Sequence record: AP017972.1
Strand: one strand, 5' to 3'
Length of the DNA: 40,000 bases
Origin: Vibrio phage pTD1
The stretch's first letter is position 1; each line of letters starts with the position of its first letter. Shown here in pieces: positions 19,091-28,019 of the stretch. The notes beneath the pieces are model-generated. The model was not told where the DNA came from and did not search any database. It was given only the letters and a program-made list of their open reading frames with translations. Position numbers and translations under genes: made by a program.

Positions 19091-20665
19091 TTAAGAGTTG
19101 ACTTCTTTAACTAAGTCTAAGAATTCCTGTTTAAGTGAACGGTCAAGTTCAACTTCAAAGAAATCGCCTTGGTCCGCATTTCGCATGACCGATTCATCGT
19201 CCAACATGCCATCTTCGATGATAGAAGACCACTGTCCGTTACCAAGTTCTTTTAGGAACTCATTAACAGCAATGACTGCTTCGTTGTCCGTTGATAAACC
19301 AGATGTGCCTCGGTACACCGCACAAAGACTCTCCAACATTTCTTTGTCCGCTGCATCTAACGCGAAAATTTCATCCGTTAGACTGCGAGGTTGTTCTGGG
19401 TCGTAAACTGTACATACTAAGGTCGCCAGCTTGGTATAGCCCATCTCATGCAACTTAACCGTCGCCATGGACATTGCTGCCATCAGTTGATCATGATCTA
19501 ACGACAAGTAAATGTTGTAAGAAATGTCTTCTGAGAACGCCAGCTGGAGTAGCTTAAAGATATGGGGTTGCAGTTCGAATTCCCAGTTACTCGGGATTTG
19601 ATCGTACACCCATTCCGCTAAGCGAGGGTTTTTAATCTTCAGCCCCATGCAAGGGATGTCAAAGATGCCATCGGTGAGACGACGGTCAGTGTTGTCATAC
19701 ATTCCCATAGAGAAGTATTCACCGTGAGCTTCTTCATCCGCTGAACTTACTTCTTCTTTAAGGAAGTAAATTTCGTAGAGACTGCGCTTTTCATTCATTT
19801 CATCTTTGGTCGTCAGACGTTTCTCACGAATACGAGACGAAGGTGCGGAGTACTGCTTCGCTACGGAATACAGTGACTTAGCGATGTTCTTCGAATTGTC
19901 TTTCGATGGAATGTGGGTAGAACCCAGACGACTAAAGAGAGCCGAATAGAAAGCATGGTTCACGTAAGAGTCTTCAGAGATCAAAGACAACTGTAGTGAG
20001 TTTACGCCGTTGCTGGAATAGAAGTAGTTCATGTAGTTACGGATTTTGTTCCAACCATGGTGGTTAACGAACACATCCATATCTTTGAACAGTCCTGCGG
20101 TTACCACTTCTTTATATTCGTCACCGGTGATCTCTTTGGCTTTCTGCATCATGCCAGAGAAAATCGGAAAACATGGACGCATTAATAAAGCAAGTTCCGC
20201 TATCTGTTCATATTCCGTTGGGTTAATGGTTTGTTCAGCGTGGTATTCTCCTCGTGCCACGGTTTCCTTTAATCCTTTCGGTGGAGCACATACACCAGAT
20301 TGCTTTAGGAAGTACGTGAAGTTACGTAAATCCACAACCTGATAGATCTCTCTTACAATAGGTGTAAGACGTTCCACCAAGAAACGGTAGTCACGGTGGT
20401 TTCGTAATAAGTCGTCATCGATACCTTGCGCTTCGGCAAAATTCGGGTCTAAGATGGACTTGGCTTTACGAAACAAATTGAACAATTCTTTTTGTTTGGT
20501 TTCAGATAACGAAGAAAAATATTCATTAACTGTTTCAAATAAATCATCCTTGGTGGTACCACAATGAGTCTTGGAATGGGCAGCGAAGTTAACCGACTCT
20601 TCCCCGTGAGTTACGACCACACCTTTGAATTGTGATATGGTGGCATTGGTAATAGCGATTTCCAT
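19091..20665 (-). CDS. Hypothetical protein
   Basis: 524-aa ORF preceded by RBS (GGAGAT) and a promoter-like element. Confidence 0.75.
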   Translation of the reverse strand: MEIAITNATISQFKGVVVTHGEESVNFAAHSKTHCGTTKDDLFETVNEYFSSLSETKQKELFNLFRKAKSILDPNFAEAQGIDDDLLRNHRDYRFLVERLTPIVREIYQVVDLRNFTYFLKQSGVCAPPKGLKETVARGEYHAEQTINPTEYEQIAELALLMRPCFPIFSGMMQKAKEITGDEYKEVVTAGLFKDMDVFVNHHGWNKIRNYMNYFYSSNGVNSLQLSLISEDSYVNHAFYSALFSRLGSTHIPSKDNSKNIAKSLYSVAKQYSAPSSRIREKRLTTKDEMNEKRSLYEIYFLKEEVSSADEEAHGEYFSMGMYDNTDRRLTDGIFDIPCMGLKIKNPRLAEWVYDQIPSNWEFELQPHIFKLLQLAFSEDISYNIYLSLDHDQLMAAMSMATVKLHEMGYTKLATLVCTVYDPEQPRSLTDEIFALDAADKEMLESLCAVYRGTSGLSTDNEAVIAVNEFLKELGNGQWSSIIEDGMLDDESVMRNADQGDFFEVELDRSLKQEFLDLVKEVNS

Positions 20666-20684
20666 TTTTTATCTCCTATGGATT

Positions 20685-20709
20685 ACACCAAGATAATATA
20701 GATTTAAAA
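20685..20709 (-). promoter_or_regulatory. Promoter-like repeated element upstream of the 19091-20665 gene
   Basis: Plus strand ACACCAAGATAATATAGATTTAAAA. Confidence 0.45.
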
Positions 20710-20775
20710 TAATTTAACGACATATAAAGCCGGGGAGAGGTCGTGAGACCCCTCCCTGAATTTTTGTTGTGTAAC

Positions 20776-21513
20776 TTAGAACGGGATATCGTCGTACTCA
20801 TCGCCGCCTGAGTCACCCCAACCGCCATTGCCGCCGCCATTGCCGCCGTTGTTACCATTGTTGTTATTACCGTTACCGCCCCAGTTGTTGTTACCACCAC
20901 CGTTGCCGTTCTTAGGTTTTGGCGGTTGGTAGTTTTCGTCTTCTTTCTGGTCTAGGAATTTACGCACACGGTTAACGTAAGAACGAACCCAGATTTGAGA
21001 CATGCGACCAGCGCCTGAAACCCACTCACCGTTTTCGAAGAAGTTAAGTTCAGAGAATCCCGGACGGTCAAACGTGAACAGGATTTTGTAATCACCACGA
21101 GAGTAGCCTAGTGAGATAACACCTTGTTGGTCACGGATGATAGTGAACTGACCTTGAGCGATAGGTTGGTCAGACATTTTAGATTGACCGTTTTGACGAA
21201 CGAATGAACGTTTCTTAACGGTGTACTGCGCTTTAGTGAACGTTGGGTCAGATGCCGCTTCCAGTAGCAGTTCAAAGATTGCATTACGGTCGCCGTAACC
21301 CATTTCACATTCTTTCTTTTTGTACGCTTGCTGATCGTTAGGGTTGTAACGTTTGTCATCAGCTTTAAAAAGAATCTTGCCGTTGTTCGCGATTTCCCAC
21401 AGCATTTGACCCGGGAACTTAGCACCTTCTACTGGTTGTAGTGTGGTAGGGTGCACACCGTAGAAATCGTTGAAAATAGTTTTTTGACGAGCGTTGCCTT
21501 GAGGTTGTGACAT
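20776..21513 (-). CDS. Single-stranded DNA-binding-like protein with Gly/Asn-rich linker and acidic DDIPF tip
   Basis: C-terminus NGGGNGGWGDSGGDEYDDIPF* closely resembles the bacterial SSB tail and tip (DDDIPF); about 190-aa N-terminal domain. Confidence 0.7.
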   Translation of the reverse strand: MSQPQGNARQKTIFNDFYGVHPTTLQPVEGAKFPGQMLWEIANNGKILFKADDKRYNPNDQQAYKKKECEMGYGDRNAIFELLLEAASDPTFTKAQYTVKKRSFVRQNGQSKMSDQPIAQGQFTIIRDQQGVISLGYSRGDYKILFTFDRPGFSELNFFENGEWVSGAGRMSQIWVRSYVNRVRKFLDQKEDENYQPPKPKNGNGGGNNNWGGNGNNNNGNNGGNGGGNGGWGDSGGDEYDDIPF

Positions 21514-21583
21514 AATAGTGCCTTATTGAATTTGTTTGATTAAAAAATGTTTTGTGCTAATAGTAGGACACTCTGGTGAAAAG

Positions 21584-22372
21584 TTACCAGAACAGCAAGA
21601 GGCCTTTTTGATCCACACCAGTTAAGTAGGTGGAGATGGAATTACGACATCGTTGCGGGGTGGTCGCTGAGGTCCAATTAGCTTTCTCAGCTAAGTCTTT
21701 CACGAGTTTCTTGATTCCGGCTTTCTGCCCAAAGAAGTTCGTAGACTTATCTCCGAAGACCTGAATGGTCATTCGGTTTAACGGAATGTTTTCATTACCG
21801 CTACCGGTGAGTTTTGTGTACCACATCAAATAAGGTTTCACAGCACCCGTTTGGGATTCCAATAGGTTGAGTCGAGACCACGCATCCGTCAACACTAAGT
21901 CGACCACATGGTGGGTGATCACCAACCCCTTCCCTTTGAAATCCGGCATACCGCAGTCTGTTAGTGTCACAAGACTTGGGTACTCTTTAATAAAAGCTTT
22001 AGCGACGCCTTCCAATAACGCGTTTAACGTCTTTTGTTTATCCGTGCGAGGGGCCCATAGATCAGCGTGCGGGAACTTCGATTTCATGGATTTGTACGAC
22101 GGGTAGTAAATTTCCACGTGTACGGCTTTACGTGGAGAAATCTCCGCTAAAGAAGAAGCGATGATCTTCACATCTTCCAGTAAAGCTGCTGATAAGGAAT
22201 CCATGTCATTCGCCAATGGGTCATCGCTCGAATAAGCATTATGAACGTTACGAACCAAAGTACGTAGGTTAATCAACAACGTATCGGCCAACGGAATCGC
22301 GTGTTTGGCTTCCTCCGTTTCAAACGCCATGGATGTCCCGTAGGACATCCCTAGTTCACCTAGTTCTCTCAT
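21584..22372 (-). CDS. Hypothetical protein
   Basis: 262-aa ORF overlapping the start of the nuclease-like gene by 4 nt. Confidence 0.7.
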   Translation of the reverse strand: MRELGELGMSYGTSMAFETEEAKHAIPLADTLLINLRTLVRNVHNAYSSDDPLANDMDSLSAALLEDVKIIASSLAEISPRKAVHVEIYYPSYKSMKSKFPHADLWAPRTDKQKTLNALLEGVAKAFIKEYPSLVTLTDCGMPDFKGKGLVITHHVVDLVLTDAWSRLNLLESQTGAVKPYLMWYTKLTGSGNENIPLNRMTIQVFGDKSTNFFGQKAGIKKLVKDLAEKANWTSATTPQRCRNSISTYLTGVDQKGLLLFW

Positions 22373-23511
22373 AAGAACTCCTTCAATAATTCCGCAGTTT
22401 CATCAATCTCTTTTACGGTGTATTTTTCTGAGTCGGTCATGAACTGTCTTAAATGATCAGTGTAGTTATGTTCATTAAGGTCCACGCCTTCATACGTCAG
22501 ATCATTCACCGTATCCAGAGCGATCTCTTTTTCCATTTGACTGGAAGCATCCACGTCGAAGAACAAATCAGGGTACGTACCCTGTAGGTATTCTGCGACT
22601 CCTTTAATCAACCCACCGTTTCTACCACGAATTTGTATACGCGATTTAGGTCGAGGTGATTTCAACTGTATTACTTGGTTGACACGGTCCAATAAATCAT
22701 CGTTGGTGTCTTCCGGATGTTGAAGGACACGGTAATAAGGAAGGGCGTTCTTATTTTCCCAGAATTTGGTTTCCGCGTAATCCGAAGCAGGGTCCCACCA
22801 AAACTCATACCCGCCTTTAGGGTGCTCCTCCCCATGACGTGTGCGGTCAAACGAACCACTGACTCGAATCTTCCCATACTCCGAAGGAATGTGTACGTGA
22901 CCAGCAAAGATGTTGCGTTTCACGATGGTTTGCCATTTCACTTCGGAATGAGAGTGTTTGCTAAATTTAAGCGGGATTTGATACTCAAAGGCTCCATGGA
23001 ACCAGACGTAGTCTACTTTGTCCACGCCGTTATCCGTTAACAACTTGAGAGTGCGGTCCCAAATAGTATCAGGACTCACACCACCCATGTTGTCGGGAAC
23101 GTAGATCATATCTATCCCTAACTCGTCGATGCGTTCGTAAGAAAGCTCTTTCACCCATTTAAGGTTAAGACCTTCCGGACACTGAACAATGAAGTTCTCT
23201 GGCTGTTCACGGTCGTGTGACGATGTACCTTCAAGCACCCTCACAATCACGTTGTGCTTCAAACATTCCAATAAGAAATCACGTATCCAGTGTTGAGTCA
23301 AACGCATGTCCGGGTGAGACGTATCTACAAGACGATCATAGAAGTCCCCACCAAACACGACGAGGTCCACTTCTTCCAGATTGTGGCTACGAGTCAAGAA
23401 CTGGCTCGCGTTGTACAACACATGTTGCGTTGGTGTATTGTTGTGCAGTGTGTGTTGGTCACTAAACCACAACCCAAAAAAGCGGTCATTTTGCATAAAT
23501 TTATTATCCAA
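22369..23511 (-). CDS. SbcD/Mre11-like metallophosphoesterase (putative nuclease)
   Basis: Metallophosphoesterase motif order SDQH ... GGDFYDR ... GTSSHD ... WFHGAF ... GHVHIP. Confidence 0.75.
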   Translation of the reverse strand: MDNKFMQNDRFFGLWFSDQHTLHNNTPTQHVLYNASQFLTRSHNLEEVDLVVFGGDFYDRLVDTSHPDMRLTQHWIRDFLLECLKHNVIVRVLEGTSSHDREQPENFIVQCPEGLNLKWVKELSYERIDELGIDMIYVPDNMGGVSPDTIWDRTLKLLTDNGVDKVDYVWFHGAFEYQIPLKFSKHSHSEVKWQTIVKRNIFAGHVHIPSEYGKIRVSGSFDRTRHGEEHPKGGYEFWWDPASDYAETKFWENKNALPYYRVLQHPEDTNDDLLDRVNQVIQLKSPRPKSRIQIRGRNGGLIKGVAEYLQGTYPDLFFDVDASSQMEKEIALDTVNDLTYEGVDLNEHNYTDHLRQFMTDSEKYTVKEIDETAELLKEFL

Positions 23512-23515
23512 CTAA

Positions 23516-24499
23516 TCAGTTATCAAATGGATCAAAGTCCGTACTGTTAGATGGTACACGCGGTTGAGGATTACCGAGATCTTCCACTACTTCGTATTCT
23601 GGTGGAGTCCATTCACCTGAGGTCAAGATCTCCATGAAACGAAGTTGGTATTCGTTAAGTGCACGTTTGTGGTAGATAGAAGAGAAAACACCTTCTGCCA
23701 TTTCCCAGTCGGCATGAATGGCTGGATTCAGGCCATAGATGTCACGACAGTAAACCAACGAGCGTTTAATGAAAGGTACCACATGGTATTTTTCGTAGAA
23801 CCACTCTGGAATCAGATCAGTCACGGTAAGGGACTCGTCACTGATGTGTTCTTTGATTAGCTGAGACGTAGCAGAGATCAACTCTTGAGCACGGTGTGAA
23901 TCACCAGTCTCTTCCGCAGAAGCTGCGTTAGTAAACGACTTGTGTGCCAAATCAAGCACGTACTGTTCTTTAGGAGTGAACGGCGCACGAGATAATGGTG
24001 GAACAACGAAAAGCGGTTTGCCTTCGTCATCTGTGATCACCACACCACGTTGATGCCCGTGAGTCAACTTACCCCAAGTTGTTGCATCGAAATAGTTCGA
24101 CGTACCAACAAACCCCAAAGCAAACTGATCAAGCCAACGCTGAACAAAAGTAGATTCGGTCATGGTACTATCAGAGATGATGTACGTACCCGCTTCATCA
24201 CGAATAGAACGCATGCCATCGATGAGTTCAATCTTCAGGTTACCAATCCAGCCGAAATCTTCTTTTAGACGGGCTTTATGCTTTTCATTGTTAACTTCGA
24301 CACGCGACAGATACTCATACTCATTGTTTTCTGGGATAATGTCGTCATCGTCTTCATCGGACAAGGAATCAGACTCAGTATCGTCACCAGACACAGTTTC
24401 GGCATCATCTTGTACCTCTTCTTTTTCTACGGCGGTTGCTTCAGAAACTTCGTGTAGCTCAGTTTGTTCTTCGTTTTCAAATTGGTCTTGCTGTTGCAT
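23516..24499 (-). CDS. Hypothetical protein with highly acidic N-terminal region
   Basis: 327-aa ORF. Confidence 0.7.
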   Translation of the reverse strand: MQQQDQFENEEQTELHEVSEATAVEKEEVQDDAETVSGDDTESDSLSDEDDDDIIPENNEYEYLSRVEVNNEKHKARLKEDFGWIGNLKIELIDGMRSIRDEAGTYIISDSTMTESTFVQRWLDQFALGFVGTSNYFDATTWGKLTHGHQRGVVITDDEGKPLFVVPPLSRAPFTPKEQYVLDLAHKSFTNAASAEETGDSHRAQELISATSQLIKEHISDESLTVTDLIPEWFYEKYHVVPFIKRSLVYCRDIYGLNPAIHADWEMAEGVFSSIYHKRALNEYQLRFMEILTSGEWTPPEYEVVEDLGNPQPRVPSNSTDFDPFDN

Positions 24500-24902
24500 T
24501 TAGACGTCCTTGGTTGATAAGTTGGAAAGTTTGTCCCGAAACCGTGACAGCGTGACCTAAGTCATACCATGCTTGATTGTAAAGTACCGAGACCTGAATA
24601 TACAAATGGAAACGACCATCTCGTTCGTTATCGAATCCCTTAGCTTCAGCGGAGACCTCCACTCGTTCAAAAAGTTCTTCGAAATGAACCTTTAGGTTTT
24701 CTCGAACGTCATCGACTACACGTTGTTGAGAACCTTGTGCCTGCATTAACACCCACTCGAAAGAATTCGTTTTACCAATAGTCATACCTTGGCTACGACG
24801 AGCAGCGAACCAATAAGCAATATGTCGATCCATTGCGAGTTCCGGGGAATCTGTGATCTGCCCTAATGTGGACATGGTTCCTACGATAAACTCTTTACCC
24901 AT
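24477..24902 (-). CDS. Hypothetical protein
   Basis: 141-aa ORF, overlaps the next gene. Confidence 0.7.
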   Translation of the reverse strand: MGKEFIVGTMSTLGQITDSPELAMDRHIAYWFAARRSQGMTIGKTNSFEWVLMQAQGSQQRVVDDVRENLKVHFEELFERVEVSAEAKGFDNERDGRFHLYIQVSVLYNQAWYDLGHAVTVSGQTFQLINQGRLNATARPI

Positions 24903-24910
24903 AAAAACTC

Positions 24911-24956
24911 CAAAAAATAAAGGATAGTTAGGGACCTCCTACCCGAAGGTAGGAGG
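24911..24956 (-). terminator. Intrinsic terminator with TTCG loop
   Basis: Minus strand CCTCCTACC-TTCG-GGTAGGAGG followed by TCCCTAACTATCCTTTATTTTTTGG. Confidence 0.75.
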
Positions 24957-24963
24957 AAGGATA

Positions 24964-25101
24964 TTACCAATTACCGTACTGAATAGCTACATATAAGCTA
25001 GATGCCATTAGCGCACAGATCGCACCGTTAGTACGGTACCATACTACTTTAGCAGGTTTAACGAATTTGTTAGCTTGTACGTTTACGTAATCTTTAGACA
25101 T
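24964..25101 (-). CDS. 45-aa small protein, likely membrane-associated, absent from the supplied ORF track
   Basis: MSKDYVNVQANKFVKPAKVVWYRTNGAICALMASSLYVAIQYGNW*; RBS GGAG, own promoter-like element upstream and terminator downstream. Confidence 0.65.
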   Translation of the reverse strand: MSKDYVNVQANKFVKPAKVVWYRTNGAICALMASSLYVAIQYGNW

Positions 25102-25137
25102 GATGAAATCTCCGAAATAATTTAAGTGATTGACTTT

Positions 25138-25177
25138 ACACCTAAGTTATATAGACTTCAAATAAACTCCATGTCAA
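25138..25177 (-). promoter_or_regulatory. Sigma70-like promoter for the 45-aa ORF
   Basis: Minus strand TTGACA-18 nt-TATATA-acttaggtgt. Confidence 0.6.
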
Positions 25178-25644
25178 TTTTGACTTACTGATAAAATTGG
25201 TGTTTGCTCAGGTTCTACAAAGATCAAACAATTCTTGAAGAACTGCTGACGACCTTTGTCATCACGGACGATATCGCCATTCTTTCGCACTGGACGTTTC
25301 ACCATCTCGTGAGTAAAACGAAAGGTGGGTTTTTCTGAACTTAGTAACAACTGACCTAAGCTGATTTTACCATCTCCCAGAGTCACCGTTGGGTTATGAG
25401 AATCGGCAGTGGTAACAAATGCGGTCAAGTTACCTTGTTTGTCGTAATTAAAATCACGAAGTTTTAATACGGCATGTTTAGGGGTGACATGATCGTTGAT
25501 AGGACGACCATACTCGACTAACAGGAAACGTTTCTTTTCAGGACGTTTCTTTAGTGAACGGAGTAACTTAATTACTCCTAGTGATAAGTCTTCCTTTTTA
25601 AAGACTACCAGACGACGACAATTTCTTATACTTAAGTGATCCAT
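25174..25644 (-). CDS. Hypothetical protein
   Basis: 156-aa ORF. Confidence 0.7.
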   Translation of the reverse strand: MDHLSIRNCRRLVVFKKEDLSLGVIKLLRSLKKRPEKKRFLLVEYGRPINDHVTPKHAVLKLRDFNYDKQGNLTAFVTTADSHNPTVTLGDGKISLGQLLLSSEKPTFRFTHEMVKRPVRKNGDIVRDDKGRQQFFKNCLIFVEPEQTPILSVSQN

Positions 25645-25671
25645 AAATTTACCTTTAAAAGATAAAGGGGA

Positions 25672-26322
25672 TTACTCCCCTTTTTCCTTATCCTTTGCTT
25701 CTTGTGCAGATTTACGCAACTCACCGCTACCGCTAGTAATGTCGAAGAGACTATTAGCAAGATAGTGGTTAGTCGCTCGGCGTGTAACCGCAAGGTCATA
25801 ACGCTCACGCACACTTAACCCCACACCCGCCACGGAGTCGTAGTAGTGTTTAGTACGCGCAGTGTGAACGTCATCCACAGTATCGAGTTGGAGCATACCA
25901 TGCATTTGACGACGGTAGTAGATGTTGTCTTCACCCACTCCGGTACACCAACTGCTGAAGTCTCCTTCCCAACCGCTGAGTTCACCCTCTTGATACAACT
26001 CCATCACACCCGGCATAGCCATGATGTAATCACGCATAAATCCTTGAGAGGTTTGCAAACCTTCGATGGTCTGCACTCGACCGATATCGTAATAACCGAT
26101 GGCGGTTTCCTGCTGACCTCGAATACGACTTGCTAAATCCCAAGCACGAGAACTAACAAAGTTATTAAAACCACTCATGAAGTCAGACGCACCATCACCC
26201 AACCAACCTCCAACACCTTGGATTTGGCTGTAGTTCATCTGAATCATGTTTGCATAAGACTGCATTTGATTGTCGTGTACCACTCCGGCAGTACCCATGG
26301 AGAATGCTCGACAAATATTCAT
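25672..26322 (-). CDS. Hypothetical phage protein
   Basis: 216-aa ORF abutting the beta' N-terminal gene. Confidence 0.7.
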   Translation of the reverse strand: MNICRAFSMGTAGVVHDNQMQSYANMIQMNYSQIQGVGGWLGDGASDFMSGFNNFVSSRAWDLASRIRGQQETAIGYYDIGRVQTIEGLQTSQGFMRDYIMAMPGVMELYQEGELSGWEGDFSSWCTGVGEDNIYYRRQMHGMLQLDTVDDVHTARTKHYYDSVAGVGLSVRERYDLAVTRRATNHYLANSLFDITSGSGELRKSAQEAKDKEKGE

Positions 26323-27947
26323 TATTTGAACTCCAGTTTACGCATTACGTTATTGATGTTCATCAAGTTGGTCGACGGTTGTTTATAGTGTCGACTGATT
26401 GAGAACGGTTTGTTTTCATCAAATACCGATTGATGACCGAATGCTCCATAACTCACCGCCTTAGATCTTAGATCAGGTAAGAAGAATAGGACCATCTGGT
26501 CACCATCAAAGTCAGCGTTAAAGTTGCTAACTGACAGTATTGGAAGTCCTATAGATTGGTCTCCCAGATCTCGTTTAATGCGGGCAAAGAATGTCCGACG
26601 AGAGAGATACTGGATGGACGGCATACGACCAGATTTACAAACAATATCATTTCGTTCTTCATGGTAAGTAAAGAACGCATCGATGTCAGGGTCCAGATAA
26701 TGTGCTGCACGAGCAATCTTTTCTAGTGCTGCGGTTGGACTGTATCCCTTACGATATAAATGAGAGAGAATGTGTTTCTCTAGTTGTGCCAAAGCCATAA
26801 TCCAAGGTACTTCAATCATACCCGGATTGTGGATGCCGGTCTTAGACGTAATAACAGAACGCCCAGTTAACGGTAGTGACCCAGAAGCCACCAGTTTACG
26901 TGCTGCACCCGGTTTAGGGAATAAGAAGTCTTTCATCTGAGTGGCGTTTTGTGAGGATAAAGCAACAATGCCTTTACCTACACGGTTTACCGACTCATTG
27001 ATGTCAAACTCATTCACCGTATAAAGATCGGTCGTGTCTTTGGTATCAGCGATGGACATGTAAGTTGAATCCATTTTGAGCTGGCTGGAAGACGCGTAAC
27101 GTTCCTTACCTGATTTCTCAATAACCGTAGAGAGCTTATTAGGGACTGGTAAATACTTCGTGAACACTTCGTCCTTAAAGTCGATGTAACCGCACATGAT
27201 CTCTTTGGCATCCGAGTTTTTGAGAGACGTGATCTTACGACCTTCGCCTAACAAAAAGTGCTCCATGATGGTATCAGCATGAACCACGAATTCATTGAGA
27301 TCGAGTTTGTTCAAGAGCAAGCGTAAGTGAGATTGTAACTCCCTTAGTTTTTCTGAACTTTGTGAGTTCATCTTACGACGATAAGAAGGGTCAATGATGT
27401 ACGTAATGATTTCGATTTTAGGAGATGCCGTAGCGATCTTCTGCAAAAAGGTACGATAGAACCCCGGGTTAATAAACGAATGAACTCCAGTAGGAAGGCG
27501 TAACCACACTTTGGTGGTCAACTCGGTATCAACCAAACGCTCTACTTGGTTACCACAGTTCTTACACACTCGTCCCGACCCAATTAAGTGATTCCCCTTT
27601 AACGGTTTATCACAACCACAAGAAGCAGTTGTCTCAAAGGTGTCGGTGTCAAAATCCATTCGGATTAGTTTTTCTAGTCGCTCTCGGTCTTCTTCCAAAC
27701 AAAAATCAAAATCGTTCAGATAGATAGGCTGAGACTTAGACGTATCATGAGCGAAATCGTAATTACGAAACGCTGGATACAGAGGAGCGTAATAAGACTG
27801 ATCATCTAGAATACGATACCCCAGTTGTTGTTGGTATCTTTCAAATTGCTTAATCGGCAATAGGTCTTCAAATGATTCTCCAGCTAATACGTTAACTGCA
27901 ATATCGTCGGTAACGTGTGACATTACAGGGTCTCCTTTTAATGACAA
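26322..27947 (-). CDS. RNA polymerase beta' subunit, N-terminal part with catalytic Asp motif
   Basis: NADFDGDQM (about 26491-26526) plus N-terminal zinc-site-like CGCDKPLKGNHLIGSGRVCKNCG. Confidence 0.93.
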   Translation of the reverse strand: MSLKGDPVMSHVTDDIAVNVLAGESFEDLLPIKQFERYQQQLGYRILDDQSYYAPLYPAFRNYDFAHDTSKSQPIYLNDFDFCLEEDRERLEKLIRMDFDTDTFETTASCGCDKPLKGNHLIGSGRVCKNCGNQVERLVDTELTTKVWLRLPTGVHSFINPGFYRTFLQKIATASPKIEIITYIIDPSYRRKMNSQSSEKLRELQSHLRLLLNKLDLNEFVVHADTIMEHFLLGEGRKITSLKNSDAKEIMCGYIDFKDEVFTKYLPVPNKLSTVIEKSGKERYASSSQLKMDSTYMSIADTKDTTDLYTVNEFDINESVNRVGKGIVALSSQNATQMKDFLFPKPGAARKLVASGSLPLTGRSVITSKTGIHNPGMIEVPWIMALAQLEKHILSHLYRKGYSPTAALEKIARAAHYLDPDIDAFFTYHEERNDIVCKSGRMPSIQYLSRRTFFARIKRDLGDQSIGLPILSVSNFNADFDGDQMVLFFLPDLRSKAVSYGAFGHQSVFDENKPFSISRHYKQPSTNLMNINNVMRKLEFK

Positions 27948-27963
27948 AAAATTATAAAACGAT

Positions 27964-27994
27964 AAAAAGGAGTGGAGGACTTTCGCCCCCCACC
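27964..27994 (-). terminator. Intrinsic terminator of the 702-aa gene
   Basis: Minus strand GTGGGGGGC-GAAA-GTCCTCCAC-TCCTTTTTATCG. Confidence 0.75.
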
Positions 27995-28019
27995 CTTAGA
28001 ACTCACAACCTAAGGTTGC

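Noticed and set aside
20815-20930. Imperfect GCC/GTT-rich repeats as a DNA repeat element
   Set aside because: Explained by the Gly/Asn-rich linker codons of the SSB-like protein.
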